DNA from: Rhodosorus marinus CCMP1338
Taxonomy: Eukaryota > Plantae > Rhodophyta
Reading direction: 5' to 3'
Length of the DNA: 248,000 bases
Assembly (NCBI GenBank): GCA_029953675.1
Contig: JAMWBK010000001.1
Location: 1,260,001-1,508,000, forward strand
Position 1 is the stretch's first letter. Each line of letters starts with the position of its first letter. A program made the position numbers and the translations under genes. Positions 209,940-222,900 of the stretch are shown here, one piece after another. The notes under the pieces are model-generated. The model ran no database searches and was not told the origin of the DNA. It was given only the letters and a program-made list of their open reading frames with translations.

Positions 209940-212900
209940 GTTTTTTAATTCCTTTTCACGCCTTGCGTAGCGCTATGCTAATAAAAACCAGTTGAAAGCT
210001 ATGCCAGTAAAAACGTAAAAACGTACGAGGCGTTACACTCGGTTCAAGTACATTCTCAGCGAATGTTTGACTCGCGTAGGGCATACGGTTGAGGTGGAAT
210101 CGGAACTACCCATATCGGTCTCGGATAGGGCACCGCCCCGCTGTATCCCAGATCTCCTCGTCTCCGATGCTGCTGCCAGACGCTCGGCATATGTTGACCT
210201 CGCGATCACGTGCCCTGTGGCAAGCGCCCATCTCACGGCTGCAGCCCGCTGCCGGGGAGCAGCGCGGCTTCGGCCCTTCGCCGCGTAAAGGAACGACGGT
210301 ATGCTGAGAGTATGGCCAGTCTGCCTCGCGCTGAGGGTCGCTCTCACCGGTTCCAGCCTTTCATTGTGGAAAACTTTGGTCACATGGAGAAGTCGAGTTT
210401 GGAGTGGTTGCGGAAATGTTTCGCTGAGCATCCTGTTGAATACTTGGAACTTTTGCGGCGTTTAAGTCTCTCTCTGGCGATATTCCAGTAGCATGCTTGC
210501 TGAGGGCACGCTATAGGCGCCTGGGTTTGCACGCTTCCCTACCTAGTTCTTAGTTCATTTTCACGCCTTGCGTAGCGCTTCAGGCTACGCTAATAAAAGC
210601 CAGTAAATACCAGGTGGCGACGAGTTCGCACGATCTCACGCCTGGAGGGCTGATAGCCATTATCAGTCCTGCGTGTAATTTTCAGTGCCAGGAGAAAAGT
210701 ACCCCTCTCTGCGATATTCTGGCTGCATGTTTGCCGAGGCTCGGAATCGTCGCCTTTGTGTTTCCACGCTTTTCTCCCTAGCTCGTGTTCTCTTTCACAC
210801 TTGCCGAGCACTTCAGGCTATGCTCGTAAAAACCATTAAGAGAATAGCCGTGAAGGTGGAATAGTAACTGCCCAGATTAGTTTCGGGCACGGCGTCGCCC
210901 CGCTGCGCCTCAGATCTCCTATCACACACAGTGCCAGCACAGTAAGACCCACGCAGTCTTGCTCAACTCTCCCCTCACACGGCTCACCACCGCCGCTCTC
211001 CTCCGCGGCCTGGGAGGCCATTCATCGCGCTTGTGGTTAACCACTCTGCCTTGGTCACTAGGTCACCGTCTCGATGCCTTCCAGTTCCGCTCTGCCGCAC
211101 GGATCTACCTGGGTTTGCCACAAGCTCCGTGGCACTCTAATCAACCGTATTTCTGCAGGGATGTGCGAGTCGGATTGACGCTTGAGTTGCCACTTCTTGG
211201 GTTAATGCGGACTGCTGAGAGGTCTCCGTACGAGGAGTCGCACTCGCCTCAAGTACATCCTCAGCGCATGTTTGACTCGGGTACGGCAACGCTTGAGGTG
211301 TAATCGGAACTGCCCAGATCGGTCTCGGACACGGCGCTCCCCCGCCGGATCCCAAATCTCCTCGTCTCAGACACTGCCTCCAGACGCTCAGTATACGTGG
211401 ACCTCGGGATCACATGCCCTGTGGTGATATGCTAGCAGCTTGTTTGCCGAGCCGCGCCATTGCCGCGTGGGTTTGCACGCTTCTCTCCGTAGTTCTTAGT
211501 CTGCGCTAGCCAAAAATGGTAAAAACAGTAAAAACGACTGCTTTTTGTTTAGCAGTAAAACCCTTGTTTTGTGAATCGTAACTAACACTTATGTATACGG
211601 TGGTATTCCAGCAGCATGCTGGCCGAAGCCCGCCATCGGCGCCTGGGTTTGCACGTTTTCCTCCCTAGGTCTTAGTTCCGTTTTCACGCCTTGTCTAGCG
211701 CTTCAGGCTATGCTAATAAAAACCAAGTTCACAGCTCGTAATGAAGTCCTCGCACCTGACAGCCTTTTGTACAGATTGAACTCACGCAAAAAAGTACAGC
211801 CCATCTTAGGCAAGGGGTCTAAGTTCAATCTATACGAAAAAATGATTGCACTTTTCCGCATTTCCGTCGCGTTATTACATCTGGTTTTATGATATCTCGC
211901 ATCCTGACTTGTACTGGTTTTACTGGTCTTACTGGTTTTACTGGTTGAACTGGTTCTACCAGCAAAGAAAGAAACTCATCGCCATGTTTCGATCCTGGGA
212001 CCGCTGGAGTTATGAGCCCAGAACGCTATACACTGTGCGATGATGAGCTGGTTTAACTGGTTCTCGCTGGTTTTTACGAGCATAGCCTGTAGCGCAAGGC
212101 GTGAAAAGTAACTAAGAACTAGGGAGGGAAGCGTGAAACCCTAGGCGCCGATGCCGCGCCTCGGCAAGTATTCGGCTAGAACATCGCCACATGCGAAACT
212201 TAAACCTTGTAAGAGTTCCAAGTATTCGATACGATATAGAATATCACCACATGGCGGCACTTCAACGGTGGCAGAGCTCCAAGTATTCGATAGGGTGTAG
212301 TGTTGACGAATAGGCTCTATCTCTTTTAGCAAAAAATCGGAAAGAGAGTTTGTACTAGACAAGGGAGTTTCCTCGCGATCATTACTTGTACGTTTCCGAA
212401 CAAGGGAGCCCTTTGCGTGGGCCTTAAAGGGAGTATTCGACAGATGCGGGCATGTTGCAATATGCGGAACACAAATTGCCGCGGGGCTTTGTCTTCCCCA
212501 GGTGTTCGTGTTTCGGCACTAGCTCATCGCTTGGTACCTGTGATCATTGATTGCTTTGGGTTTATGGATTCATATGGTTCTCTTTGGCGACAAGAGTTGT
212601 TCCGTGAGCGCCGGACCGTCTTCAAGTCGTTGCTTACCAGCTGAAGTTTCTTCCTGCGGCGTATGGACGCCGCTTTGACGTTGGAGGCGCGCGATCTTCG
212701 CCGCGATTAGTCCCTTTTTTGCCCTCGGGGGTTTTACTTTCAGCCTCCCATTAAACAAATTCATTCAATATGTTACGCGCTTCCTCCTGAACGTTCTACC
212801 CTTCCCACATCCAGGAATTTGGCTGGGAACGGGTCAACCCGACTACTCCAGGAGTGAGTGAGGATGCTTATGATTTTAACGGTGGTTTTACGTATGCAGA

Positions 212901-213470
212901 ACATCTGGCGGCTGCGTCCTATACAGGAGATCTGCGATGCATCGAGGCGGCGCGGTGGAAGAGGCTGGGCTGGGCATTCAAGGCCGTTTAGAATCAACCT
213001 CAACGTGTAGCCAATTCTAATCAAACGTTCGCTCGGGATGTACTTCGGCGGGTTAACGTCTCGTACGATGAGCTCTCAATAATCCACACGATTCCAGATA
213101 TTGGTACCCTAAACCTTCATTCGGCCCCCCCCTCCCGCAAGCGTATTTCAGCTCTTTACAATGTCCCTAACTAGGGGCGGCAAAAAACAAAATGGTGTCA
213201 TTGAATGAATGAATGAATGGTTTAATCGGAGGCTGAAAAAAAAAAACCCCGAGGGGAAAAAAAGACTAAGCGCGGCGAAGTACTCGCGCCTCCAACATCA
213301 AAGCGGCATTCATGCGCCACAGCAGGAAACTTAAGCGGGTAAACAACGATTGAAGACGGTCAGGGCGTTCGCGGAACAACTCCCGAAGCCAGCGAGAACC
213401 AACAGAGTCCATGAACCCAAAGCACTCAATGATCAGGGGTACCAAGCGATGTGCTAGTGCCGAAGCACGA
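209940..213470. mobile_element. Cluster of degenerate A-like and B fragments
   Basis: ORFs 210067, 210210, 210959, 212417 and 213266. Confidence 0.75.
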
Positions 213471-214828
213471 TTGACGCGATTTCTGTTTTTACCTTTTTTC
213501 TTGATTTGTGGCAACCACAAAATACATGGTACAATTCAACTTTATTCATATATTATTTTCTTAATTTGTACAAATAATATACCAATGGACGCTCAATACC
213601 TAATTATTCATCTTAAATATCAACTTGTCATCGATCCCGAAATAGGCTTAATTTTATCCTTTGTTTTGTAAATAGTTTGAACGAACACCTGGTGTGACGT
213701 TGCTTAGTACGAATTGGCTGACATGGTACTATATAATATTACTAAAATGTAGCATATACCTTTAAAAAGCATATAACGATCATTGATTGGATAATACGGA
213801 TGTGATTACACCAGTTTGGGCGGCGTTCGCTAGTTGGCAGCCCTTTTTTGATTTTGGGTGAATTTTCAAACGGGGCAAAATTTAAATCTCTCTTGGAGAA
213901 TATTTAGACGTGACTTCTCTAAAGGGAACGTTTTTCACCTTGAAATTTCGTATTTCATTGATTGTATTGTATATTTAGAATAGTAAGAATCTAAAATATT
214001 GACGGGACGATGGTTGGGGAGAAGCATTGGAGCGATTGATTTGGTTTAGGGAGGGGGAGCTGGCCGGGCAAGTGCAGGATGGCGAGCACTGATGCAATGG
214101 GGAACTGGGATAGCCCTGCTGGTGGGATCCCATGCAATTCTATTTTTTCCCGAGGCTTAAATAGACTGAAATAAGAAAGAATTTGCTTAGAAAGCACATA
214201 TGAACTCCATAGTTGACTCCGATCCGAAGCAGGGAGATTTTCGGTTTAGCGTGGCTAGGCAACTTGGGACTGATGCAAGGTTGATGGGTTGCCTGTCACA
214301 TCGACAACTATACGGTTGTCAGGGGTCATGTTTTTTTTTGCGAAAGAGCACTCTATCTGTATGCCATCTCGCGTTGTCCTGAACGGTTTGGAGAGCCGTC
214401 CCGGATTGAATTTCTTTGGCTGCCAGGATCCCGAGCTGCCCGGATCACGGTTCTGGAATAAACGGCGCATTTCCGCACTCGGGAGACGGCCCAGCTACAG
214501 GTTAACGAGATCTTGCTGACGTCCATAGGAGTTTGAATGATATTAAGCCACCTCTTGTGTTCTGGCTGGCCTAGAACGTCTGTCACTGTAGAGCTTACGA
214601 ACCGAATCCCAGTTCATCTGGCTAAGCTTTCATCGTGCGCACCTAAGGCTATCGTCAATCGCCTTTTTTCATCCACGGACAAGGATGAACTTGGCCACTG
214701 CTCATGAGCTTTTTTGGCACAGGAAGGGTATAAAAAGGTCACGGTGAGCTTTGAGGATGGATGTATTCGGTGAGTGGTCATCAACAGAGAAACAAAGAGA
214801 GAGAGGCAAAGAGAGAGAAACAGAGACG

Positions 214829-216220
214829 ATGAAGACAACAACGGTAATATTAGTAATTCTGGCGGCGTTTGTCGTGGGAAGCCAGGCGAGTTATGAAGAA
214901 CGTGAGTTTTGCCTTCCGAGGGCGCCGGCGACAATCGGGATCCAAACCTACCTCAACTCGATCCACATGTGCCTCGACAACTGGGGACCGTGGAAGGGAA
215001 TCGCTAATCGCTGGTATAATCCGGACGGAAGTTTCCTTGTCTTCCCCTCGGGCAAACAGATCCAGTTGAAGGTACTTCCGAGCAAGGCCAAGAAGGTCCC
215101 CAACAAGCCTGGCTTCAACCGTTGGTACGAGGCCTACGTCCGGGACGTTTGCACTCAGGACATCGACTTCTACCCTTACAAACACCCCAAGATGGGTCAG
215201 CTCAACGTGTTGAGGCTTCACATGGAGAGCGCGGGTCCCGAAGTGAAAATCGGATGCAGCAACACGCGCACGGATGCTCCCTGCAAGGCGCACTTCCTCA
215301 AGCACGACATCTCGCTGGACAACTTCAACATCAGGATCTACTTCAAGCTCCAATCCAGCAAGAAGAAGGAAGGGTTTGTCCAAATGGTTCCGAAGTACGT
215401 CAAGGTGGACTTTGACATCAAGCCGGACTCCTGGGTGCTCGACAAACTGAACAATGTGATCAACTACTTCTACGACTTGAAGGGTTACCTGGTGAAGGAA
215501 GTTGAGGAGGCGGTTATGGCTGAGCTGGACAGGCCCGACATCCAGGAGCAGCTCACCTTCGACCTCAACGAACTGATCACCGACAAAGTCATGGACTTTG
215601 TCAAGTCGAGGCTTGGCGATACCAGCGCGGTGTCCAACTGGGTTGAGAACAACACCTCCATCAAGAGCTTCAACGAAAAGAAGACCGAGCTATGCTTTAC
215701 TGTTAGATACCCCAAGCCGGTACACATCTTCACGACTCAGATTCAGTACTTTAGAGCAGTCAATCCCGTCGTGAAAAAGATGTGTCCTTTCCAGTTCGGG
215801 TTTATCAGCAGGGTCAAGGCCGATGCACCGGTCAATGGTTATGGATACATCCGCTACTCCGATGGTTCGAAGAGCAAGAACTTCAACTGGGGATTCTCGA
215901 AGCCCGGCAGCAGCACCGCCAACTTCTACAAAACTATTAGAGAGCAGGAGTCGGGTAGGGCCATCCTTTACCTCAAGCATAAGCTGTGGCATGGCGGATG
216001 GATCACGAAGAGGTCGGCCCTAGCCATGCGATGGGGAACGTCATACAGAGGAGAATGTGAGCTCGGATTCAAGTTTGAGATGGCGACCTCCAGAGCCCAA
216101 GAGGCCGAAGTCGCTGATGACTCAGGTTTCGTCCAGGGCGAGTACCATGGTAAGACTGATCCGAACGAGAGCGATGAGGACTTTGAACAAGAATTCGCCC
216201 AGCTAAAAGATGAGCAGTGA
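214829..216220 (+). CDS. Secreted protein of unknown function (paralog of 17844..19235)
   Basis: MKTTTVILVILAAFVVGSQA signal; shared blocks LDNWGPW/LNNYGKW, WYEAYVRD/YYEGYLSD, KIGC/RMGC, CPFQF/CPFSF. Confidence 0.87.
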   Translation: MKTTTVILVILAAFVVGSQASYEEREFCLPRAPATIGIQTYLNSIHMCLDNWGPWKGIANRWYNPDGSFLVFPSGKQIQLKVLPSKAKKVPNKPGFNRWYEAYVRDVCTQDIDFYPYKHPKMGQLNVLRLHMESAGPEVKIGCSNTRTDAPCKAHFLKHDISLDNFNIRIYFKLQSSKKKEGFVQMVPKYVKVDFDIKPDSWVLDKLNNVINYFYDLKGYLVKEVEEAVMAELDRPDIQEQLTFDLNELITDKVMDFVKSRLGDTSAVSNWVENNTSIKSFNEKKTELCFTVRYPKPVHIFTTQIQYFRAVNPVVKKMCPFQFGFISRVKADAPVNGYGYIRYSDGSKSKNFNWGFSKPGSSTANFYKTIREQESGRAILYLKHKLWHGGWITKRSALAMRWGTSYRGECELGFKFEMATSRAQEAEVADDSGFVQGEYHGKTDPNESDEDFEQEFAQLKDEQ

Positions 216221-216599
216221 AGAGATGGTGCAATTTCCCGCTCCATCGGAAGGAACAGTCGCACTGAAATCGTACATAGATCCAAATCTTTGTTCATATC
216301 CGTCATTGGTCACGTTGTTCACTAAAAGTTGAATCTATTCTGGAAGACACTCACGGACGTCGAAGAACCTCATCCCGTTTGTTCTTGAGGACAGCTTTTG
216401 CAATGGCCTTCCAGTTCCAAAAAATCATCCGGCAGAGCTCGTGGAGCATGGCCAGGTATCTGCCTCGCGAAGAGTACGGATCTCCTGCGTAGTAAGCTAC
216501 TTGGTTTCTACTCCTCTTGCGTCCGTTTAGTGTTCGTTGAATGGCAACACTCGCACATTACACGTTTGCTTTCAGAGAGTGGCTAGCTTACACTGGTTT

Positions 216600-218930
216600 T
216601 TATTGGCTTTATTGGCTTTATTGGCTTTATTGGTTTGCCTTTATTGGTTTGGCTTTATTGGACTTTACTGGACTTTACTAGCATAGCCTGAAGCGCTACG
216701 CAAGGCGTGAAGATGAACTAATAACTAGGGAGGGAAGCATGCAACCCCAGGCGCCGATGGCGCGCCTCGGAAAGCATGTGGCTGGAATATCGCCAAAGGG
216801 AGACACTTAAACGCCTCAAGAGCGCCAAATATTCAGTAGGATGCTCAGCAAAACATTTCCGCAACCACTCTAAACCCGACTTATCGACGTGACCAAAGCT
216901 TTCCACAATGAATGGCTGGAACCGGTGAGAGCGACCCTCAGCGCAAGGCAGACTGGCCATGCTCTCAGCATACCGTCGTTCCTTAACTCTTCGAAGGGCT
217001 GAAGCCGCGGCCCCCCGGCGGCGGGCGGCTGCGGTGAGGTGGGCGCTGGCCACGGGGCAGGTAATCGCAAGGTCCACATATGTTGAGCGTCTGGCAGCAG
217101 CGTCGGAGACGAGGAGATCGGCTATACAACGGGGCGGTGCAGAGTCCGAGATGGATCTGGGCAGTTCCGACTCAACCTCAACCGTATGCCCTATCCGAGT
217201 CAAAGATTCGCTGAGGATGTACTTGAGGCGAGTGTGACGCCTCGTACGGAGACCTCGCAACAGTCCGCAGGAACCCAGGAAGTGGTAGCCACAAGCGTCA
217301 ATCCGGCTCTCACATCCCTGACAGAAAGACGGCCGATTAGAGTGCCACGGAGCCTGTGGCAAACCGAGATAGATCCGTGCGGCAGAACGGAACTGGAAAG
217401 CATCGAGACGATGACTCAATGACGACGGCAGAGTGGTTAACCACAAGTGCGAGAGGTGGCCTCCCATGCCGCGGAGACGAGCGGCAGTGGTAGGCGGCGT
217501 GAGAGGAGAATTGAGCATGACTGTGTGAGCGGCACTGTGTTGGCCCCAGGTGAGGCTATGTTGAATCACATCAGTGCGGGAGCTCCACAATCGGCTCAAA
217601 CCCGGGTAGTCTGCAACAGGGGGCCCGGGGCTAGCCTCTCCGTCATCGGCAAGAACTCGGTCGAGGGGACAATCCTCAATCGCTTCAGCTCGTCCCCATA
217701 ACAGCTCCCTCCAGGAACGAAAGCGGGACCGATTTGCGTCCGGCACGGCGTTGCACCTCCTGAACGCGTGTTGAAGACCATCATAAATTGTCAAAAGCGG
217801 GGGCGGCAGGGTCACTGGATCCTCGTTGGTCAAAGCTCGAGCCAAGAGGCAGGCACTTCGCATCTGGAAGGTCACCAACGTTCGCAGCGCGGTAGCCCAG
217901 GAGGCAACCGCCGCTGGCGAGCATACCAGCCCACGGTCTGCGACGCCGAATCCCCCTAATCGCAACGGTAGAGCGATCTGTGCACGAATAAAGTCCCTGT
218001 CGGGAGCAGCTTCAAGATCGAGGGGCTCATCCAAGAGCGTTCCCCAGTGTTGCAGGGTCATTTCGTCGGCTTTAGCCGCGATCCACGAGCTTTACTAGCA
218101 TAGCCTGAAGCGCTACGCAAGGCGTGAAGATGAACTAATAACTAGGGAGGGAAGCATGCAACCCCAGGCGCCGATGGCGCGCCTCGGAAAGCATGTCGCT
218201 GGAATATCGCCAAAGGGAGACACTTAAACGCCTCAAGAGCGCCAAATATTCAGTAGGATGCTCAGCAAAACATTTCCGCAACCACTCTAAACCCGACTTA
218301 TCCATGTGACCAAAGCTTTCCACAATGAATGGCTGGAACCGGTGAGAGCGACCCTCAGCGCAAGGCAGACTGGCCATGCTCTCAGCATACCGTCGTTCCT
218401 TAACTCTTCGAAGGGCTGAAGCCGCGGCCCCCCGGCGGCGGGCGGCTGCGGTGAGGTGGGCGCTGGCCACGGGGCAGGTAATCGCAAGGTCCACATATGT
218501 TGAGCGTCTGGCAGCAGCGTCGGAGACGAGGAGATCGGCTATACAACGGGGCGGTGCAGAGTCCGAGATTGATCTGGGCAGTTCCGACTCAACCTCAACC
218601 GTATGCCCTATCCGAGTCAAATATTCGCTGAGGATGTACTTGAGGCGAGTGTGACGCCTCGTACGGAGACCTCGCAACAGTCCGCAGGAACCCAGGAAGT
218701 GGTAGCCACAAGCGTCAATCCGGCTCTCACATCCCTGACAGAAAGACGGCCGATTAGAGTGCCACGGAGCCTGTGGCAAACCGAGATAGATCCGTGCGGC
218801 AGAACGGAACTGGAAAGCATCGAGACGATGACTCAATGACGACGGTAGAGTGGTTAACCACAAGTGCGAGAGGTGGCCTCCCATGCCGCGGAGACGAGCG
218901 GCAGTGGTAAGCGCTACGCAAACCGATAAA
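216600..218930 (-). mobile_element. Head-to-tail array of 5'-truncated family A copies with long simple-repeat tail
   Basis: ORFs 216718..218061 and 218135..218884; tail ttattggct/ggactttact repeats at 216598-216680. Confidence 0.92.
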
Positions 218931-220264
218931 AGGAACTAAGAACTTGGTAGGGAAGCGCGGCAAGCATGCTGCTCGAATATCGTCACAGAGAGACACTTAA
219001 GCGCCGCAAAAGTTCCAAGTATTCAACAGGATGCTCAGTGAAACATTTCCGCATTTGGCTTTATTAGCATAGCCTAAAGCGCTACGCAAACCGTGAAAAG
219101 GAACTAACAACTAGGTAGGGAAGCGTGCAAACCCAGGCGCCGATGGCGAGCCTCGGCAAGCATATGGGCTTGAATATCGCCACAGGGCTTTATTGGCTTT
219201 ATTAGCATAGCCTACAGCGCTACGCAAACCGTGAAAAGGAACTAAGAACTAGGTAGGGAAGCGTGCAAACCCAGGCGCCGATGGCGCGCCCCGGCAAGCA
219301 TGCTGCTCGAATATCGCCACAGAGAGACACTTAACCGCCGCAAAAGTTCCAAGTATTCAACAGGATGCTCAGTGAAACATTTCCGCAACCACTCCAAACC
219401 CTCCTTCTCCACGTGACCAAAGCTTTCCACAATGAAAGGCTGGAACCGGTGGGAGCGACCCTCAGCGCGAGGCACGCTAGCCATACTCTCATAATAAGTT
219501 CCAAGTATTGAACAGGATGCTCAGTGAAACATTTCCGCAACCACTCCAAACCCGACTTCTCCACGTGACCAAAGCTTTCCACAATGAAAGGCGGGAACCC
219601 GTGGGAGCGACCCTCAGCGCGAGACGGGCTGGCCATGCTCTCAGCATACCGTCGTTCCTTCGCGCGGCGAAGGGCCGAAGCAGCTGCTCCTCGGCGGCGG
219701 GCGGCAGCCGTCAGATGGGCGCTTGCAACAGGGCATGTAATCGCAAGGTCAACATATGCTGAGCATCTGGCGGCAGCATCGGAGACGAGGAGATCTGCGA
219801 TACAGCGGGGCGGTGCCTATCCGAGACCGATCTGGGTTGTTCCGATTCCACCTCTACCGTATGCCCTACCCGAGTCAAACATTCGCTGAGAATGTACTTG
219901 AAGCGAGTGTGAGTCCTCGTACGAAGACCGCTCAACAGTCCGCATGAACCTAAGAAATGGAAACCACAAGCATTGATCCGACTCTCACATCCCTGACAGA
220001 AGACGGCCGATTAGAGCGCCACGGAGCTTTTGGCAAAGCCAGGTAAATCCGAGCGGCAGAGCGAAACTGGAAGGCATCCAGACGGTGACCCAGTGATGAC
220101 GGCAGGGTCGTTAACCACAAATGTGGTAGATGGCTCCCATGCCGCGGAGGCGAGCGGCGGTAGTAGGCGGTGTGAGAGGAGAGTTGAGCAAGATTGCGTG
220201 AGCGGCATAGTTATATGGCTGGGTTTGCAAATGTTTTCCTCAGTTACCTGAAACTTTCGAAAAG

Positions 220265-222900
220265 ATGAAGGTGGTGGTGTGGTATTGTGCGGTGCTGTTT
220301 ATGTGCGCTATATCTGTGGATGCTGAGGGCTACCTGACATGTGCTGATTTGTCCGTGACCACGGGTCTGCTTATTGAGAGTGTGGATGGGGTAACCAAAG
220401 ACCTCGTTTTCAACGAACGAATGGTTTAATCGGAGGCTGAAAAAAAAAAAACCGAGGGGAAAAAAAGACTAAGCGCGGCGAAGTACTCGCGCCTCCAACA
220501 TCAAAGCGGCATTCATGCGTCACAGCAGGAAACTTAAGCGGGTAAACAACGATTGAAGACGGTCAGGGCGTTCGCGGAACAACTCCCGAAGCCAGCGAGA
220601 ACCAACAGAGTCCATGAACCCAAAGCACTCAATGATCAGGGGTACCAAGCGATGTGCTAGTGCCGAAGCACGAACACCAGGGGAAGACAAAGCCCCCGCG
220701 TATTTGATCTCTTTGCGGCGTCTCATGCTGGCGGCGGCAGATCCACGGCGCTCCCCCGCAGCCGGGAGATAACGACTAGCTTGAGGGTTAGGAACAGCAA
220801 GATCAACGTATGTGGTACGGCGGCTGTCGTCACAGGTGATCACCAGGTCGGCTACACGGCGTTCATCATTTTGAAAGTCCGCGACGGGTAAAGGTTTCTC
220901 ACGTTCGATTTCCAGACCGGCTTGCCGGACTATAGGCCGAAGTTCCCGGTATAACAGGTTCAAGATCCGTGTGTGGCGGCGGGTTCGAGCACCTTTCACC
221001 GCCGGGCAACTAGCGAGCAGGTGGGCGCCAAAATCTGCGTTGTCTTCAGTCTGAGAGCAGAGAGGGCACGACGAACCCATCTCGTACGGCCAAGGGGGCT
221101 GATGTAAGCCGAGGTATAAGCGCAGTGAAGTACGCACTTCGAAATCCGACAGTGTGAGTGGCGGAAAGGCTGGTACGGTCATGAGCCACTGAGAGCTAAT
221201 AACCCCTCCAAGACTACGTAGGCGGGCGCGAGCGCGAGAAAATGAGACCATCTGCGCGAGGAGTCGGCCATATGCAGCACGGTGCAAGTCCCAAGAAAGG
221301 ATATTTTGCAGCGCATCCGTGCGTGCTTGAGCTCGGCTCCCAGCGCGCTGGGAATCATCAGGAGGATCAACTGGAACTTCTTCTTCTGCGGCAACCACTG
221401 GGTCAATCTCCCCTAGAACAGGTTCAGGCGCAGGACGAGTCCCCGGGGCGGAGCCTCGAGAGCGGTCAAATACAGCTCGCCAGTCAGGAAGACGGGGTTG
221501 AACGGTTTCGGGGAGACTAGTACAGGAATTTTTTCAACGGGGAAACGGTTGGTACTGTCACGGTTCGGGTCCAACCCAACAAGGAACCACTATTCGTGCG
221601 TATGCAATTCGATGTGGTTGGCTCTTTCTCGTTGGTGAGCATCAAGGGGGGGATCTTCTCGAAGAAGGAGGTCATACCTGAACGGGTGGAATACCACAAC
221701 TGGAGGAATGTTGCCAAGGTCGTGGCCTCTAGGGGGGTACCGGAGAGCACTTTATCGAACAGATTGAGCTTGGCCATCTGTCAGGACCAGATGCTTTCGG
221801 ACGAGATGGGGTTTTGTGAAAACTCCTGTCTGCTTTGGGGTTGGCCACGCCATCATCAAGGGACCAGATGGCAATCAGGTTTCGGGTAGAAACCATCCCG
221901 GACGGTGCATGCGAGCTCCGAGTCGCTGATGGACCCGACGTTCCGGTTTGCGAGCTTCCGGTGGTGTTCAGCTGCAATGAGTTTCGTGTGGACAATTCCT
222001 GCTTGGCTCTTACGGGAGATGATGGTGAGTGCCGTTGCTGCGGCGATGTTGGGGATGAACCCGCCGGTGGCGAAGGGCTCGATGCGATGTGTCTTGAGCT
222101 GGACGATTTTGAAGCATCCGTGTGTCCTGAGTTTGCGGTGAGTGATTGCCAATTCGTTTGCAGGAAATGAGACTGGGTTGGGCCATAACTTACTTCGTAA
222201 CTCTCGTTTCTCTCCGACTAAACGCACCAGATCATAAGACGCCTGGCTCATGCCTATGTATTATCCGCGGAACTGACGACGACGACTTGCTCCTTGGCAC
222301 TGAGGAAGACGACTTAATCTTCCGGTACGGTGGCGATGACGAGATCCTTGGTTATGGTGGAGATGACTATATCTACGGCGGTCGGGGTGTCGACGTTATT
222401 TCCAGCGGGTACGGTGATGACCGTATCTTCGGCGACCAAGGCGAAGATTTTATCTTTGGAATTGATGGCGATGACAAGCTTTACGGCGGATCTGGTGATG
222501 ATGGGCTTTTGGGGGGAGTTGTCAACGACATCTTGAATGGAGGCAGGGGTGATGACTCTAGAAGGCGGTGCCGGTAATGGTTCATATTACCAGGACGGAC
222601 CTTAAACCTAGTAAAACCATGGATAGTGGATATTAAACCGATCTGTCCGAGAGAGGAGACCATATACTGAACTGCAGGGGAGTGAAAGAAGGAAGGGGGT
222701 GAAGGAGTGGGCGATGATGCTCTTGAGGGCGTCTATTGGAATGATCATTTCAATCCTGGTACTGGAGATGACGTACTCAGCGACTACGCCCCACGCCAGG
222801 ATATTGACGGAATGCAATACTTGAACATCATCGTTCACATCCGCAGAGTTGTGCTAATATGGTTTTTGCTAGTCTGGCCTGGAGCGCTACGCAAAGCGTG
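220265..222900 (+). pseudogene. Secreted Cys-domain/RTX-repeat gene disrupted by a family B insertion
   Basis: MKVVVWYCAVLFMCAISVDAEGYLTC..KDLVFN|GETVGTV rejoins across the insert; RTX-like GYGGDDYI, GIDGDDKL downstream; frameshifts. Confidence 0.78.
220416..221530 (-). mobile_element. Family B, 5'-truncated, TSD TTTTCAACG
   Basis: TSD 220407-220415 and 221531-221539; ORF 220520..221398. Confidence 0.92.
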
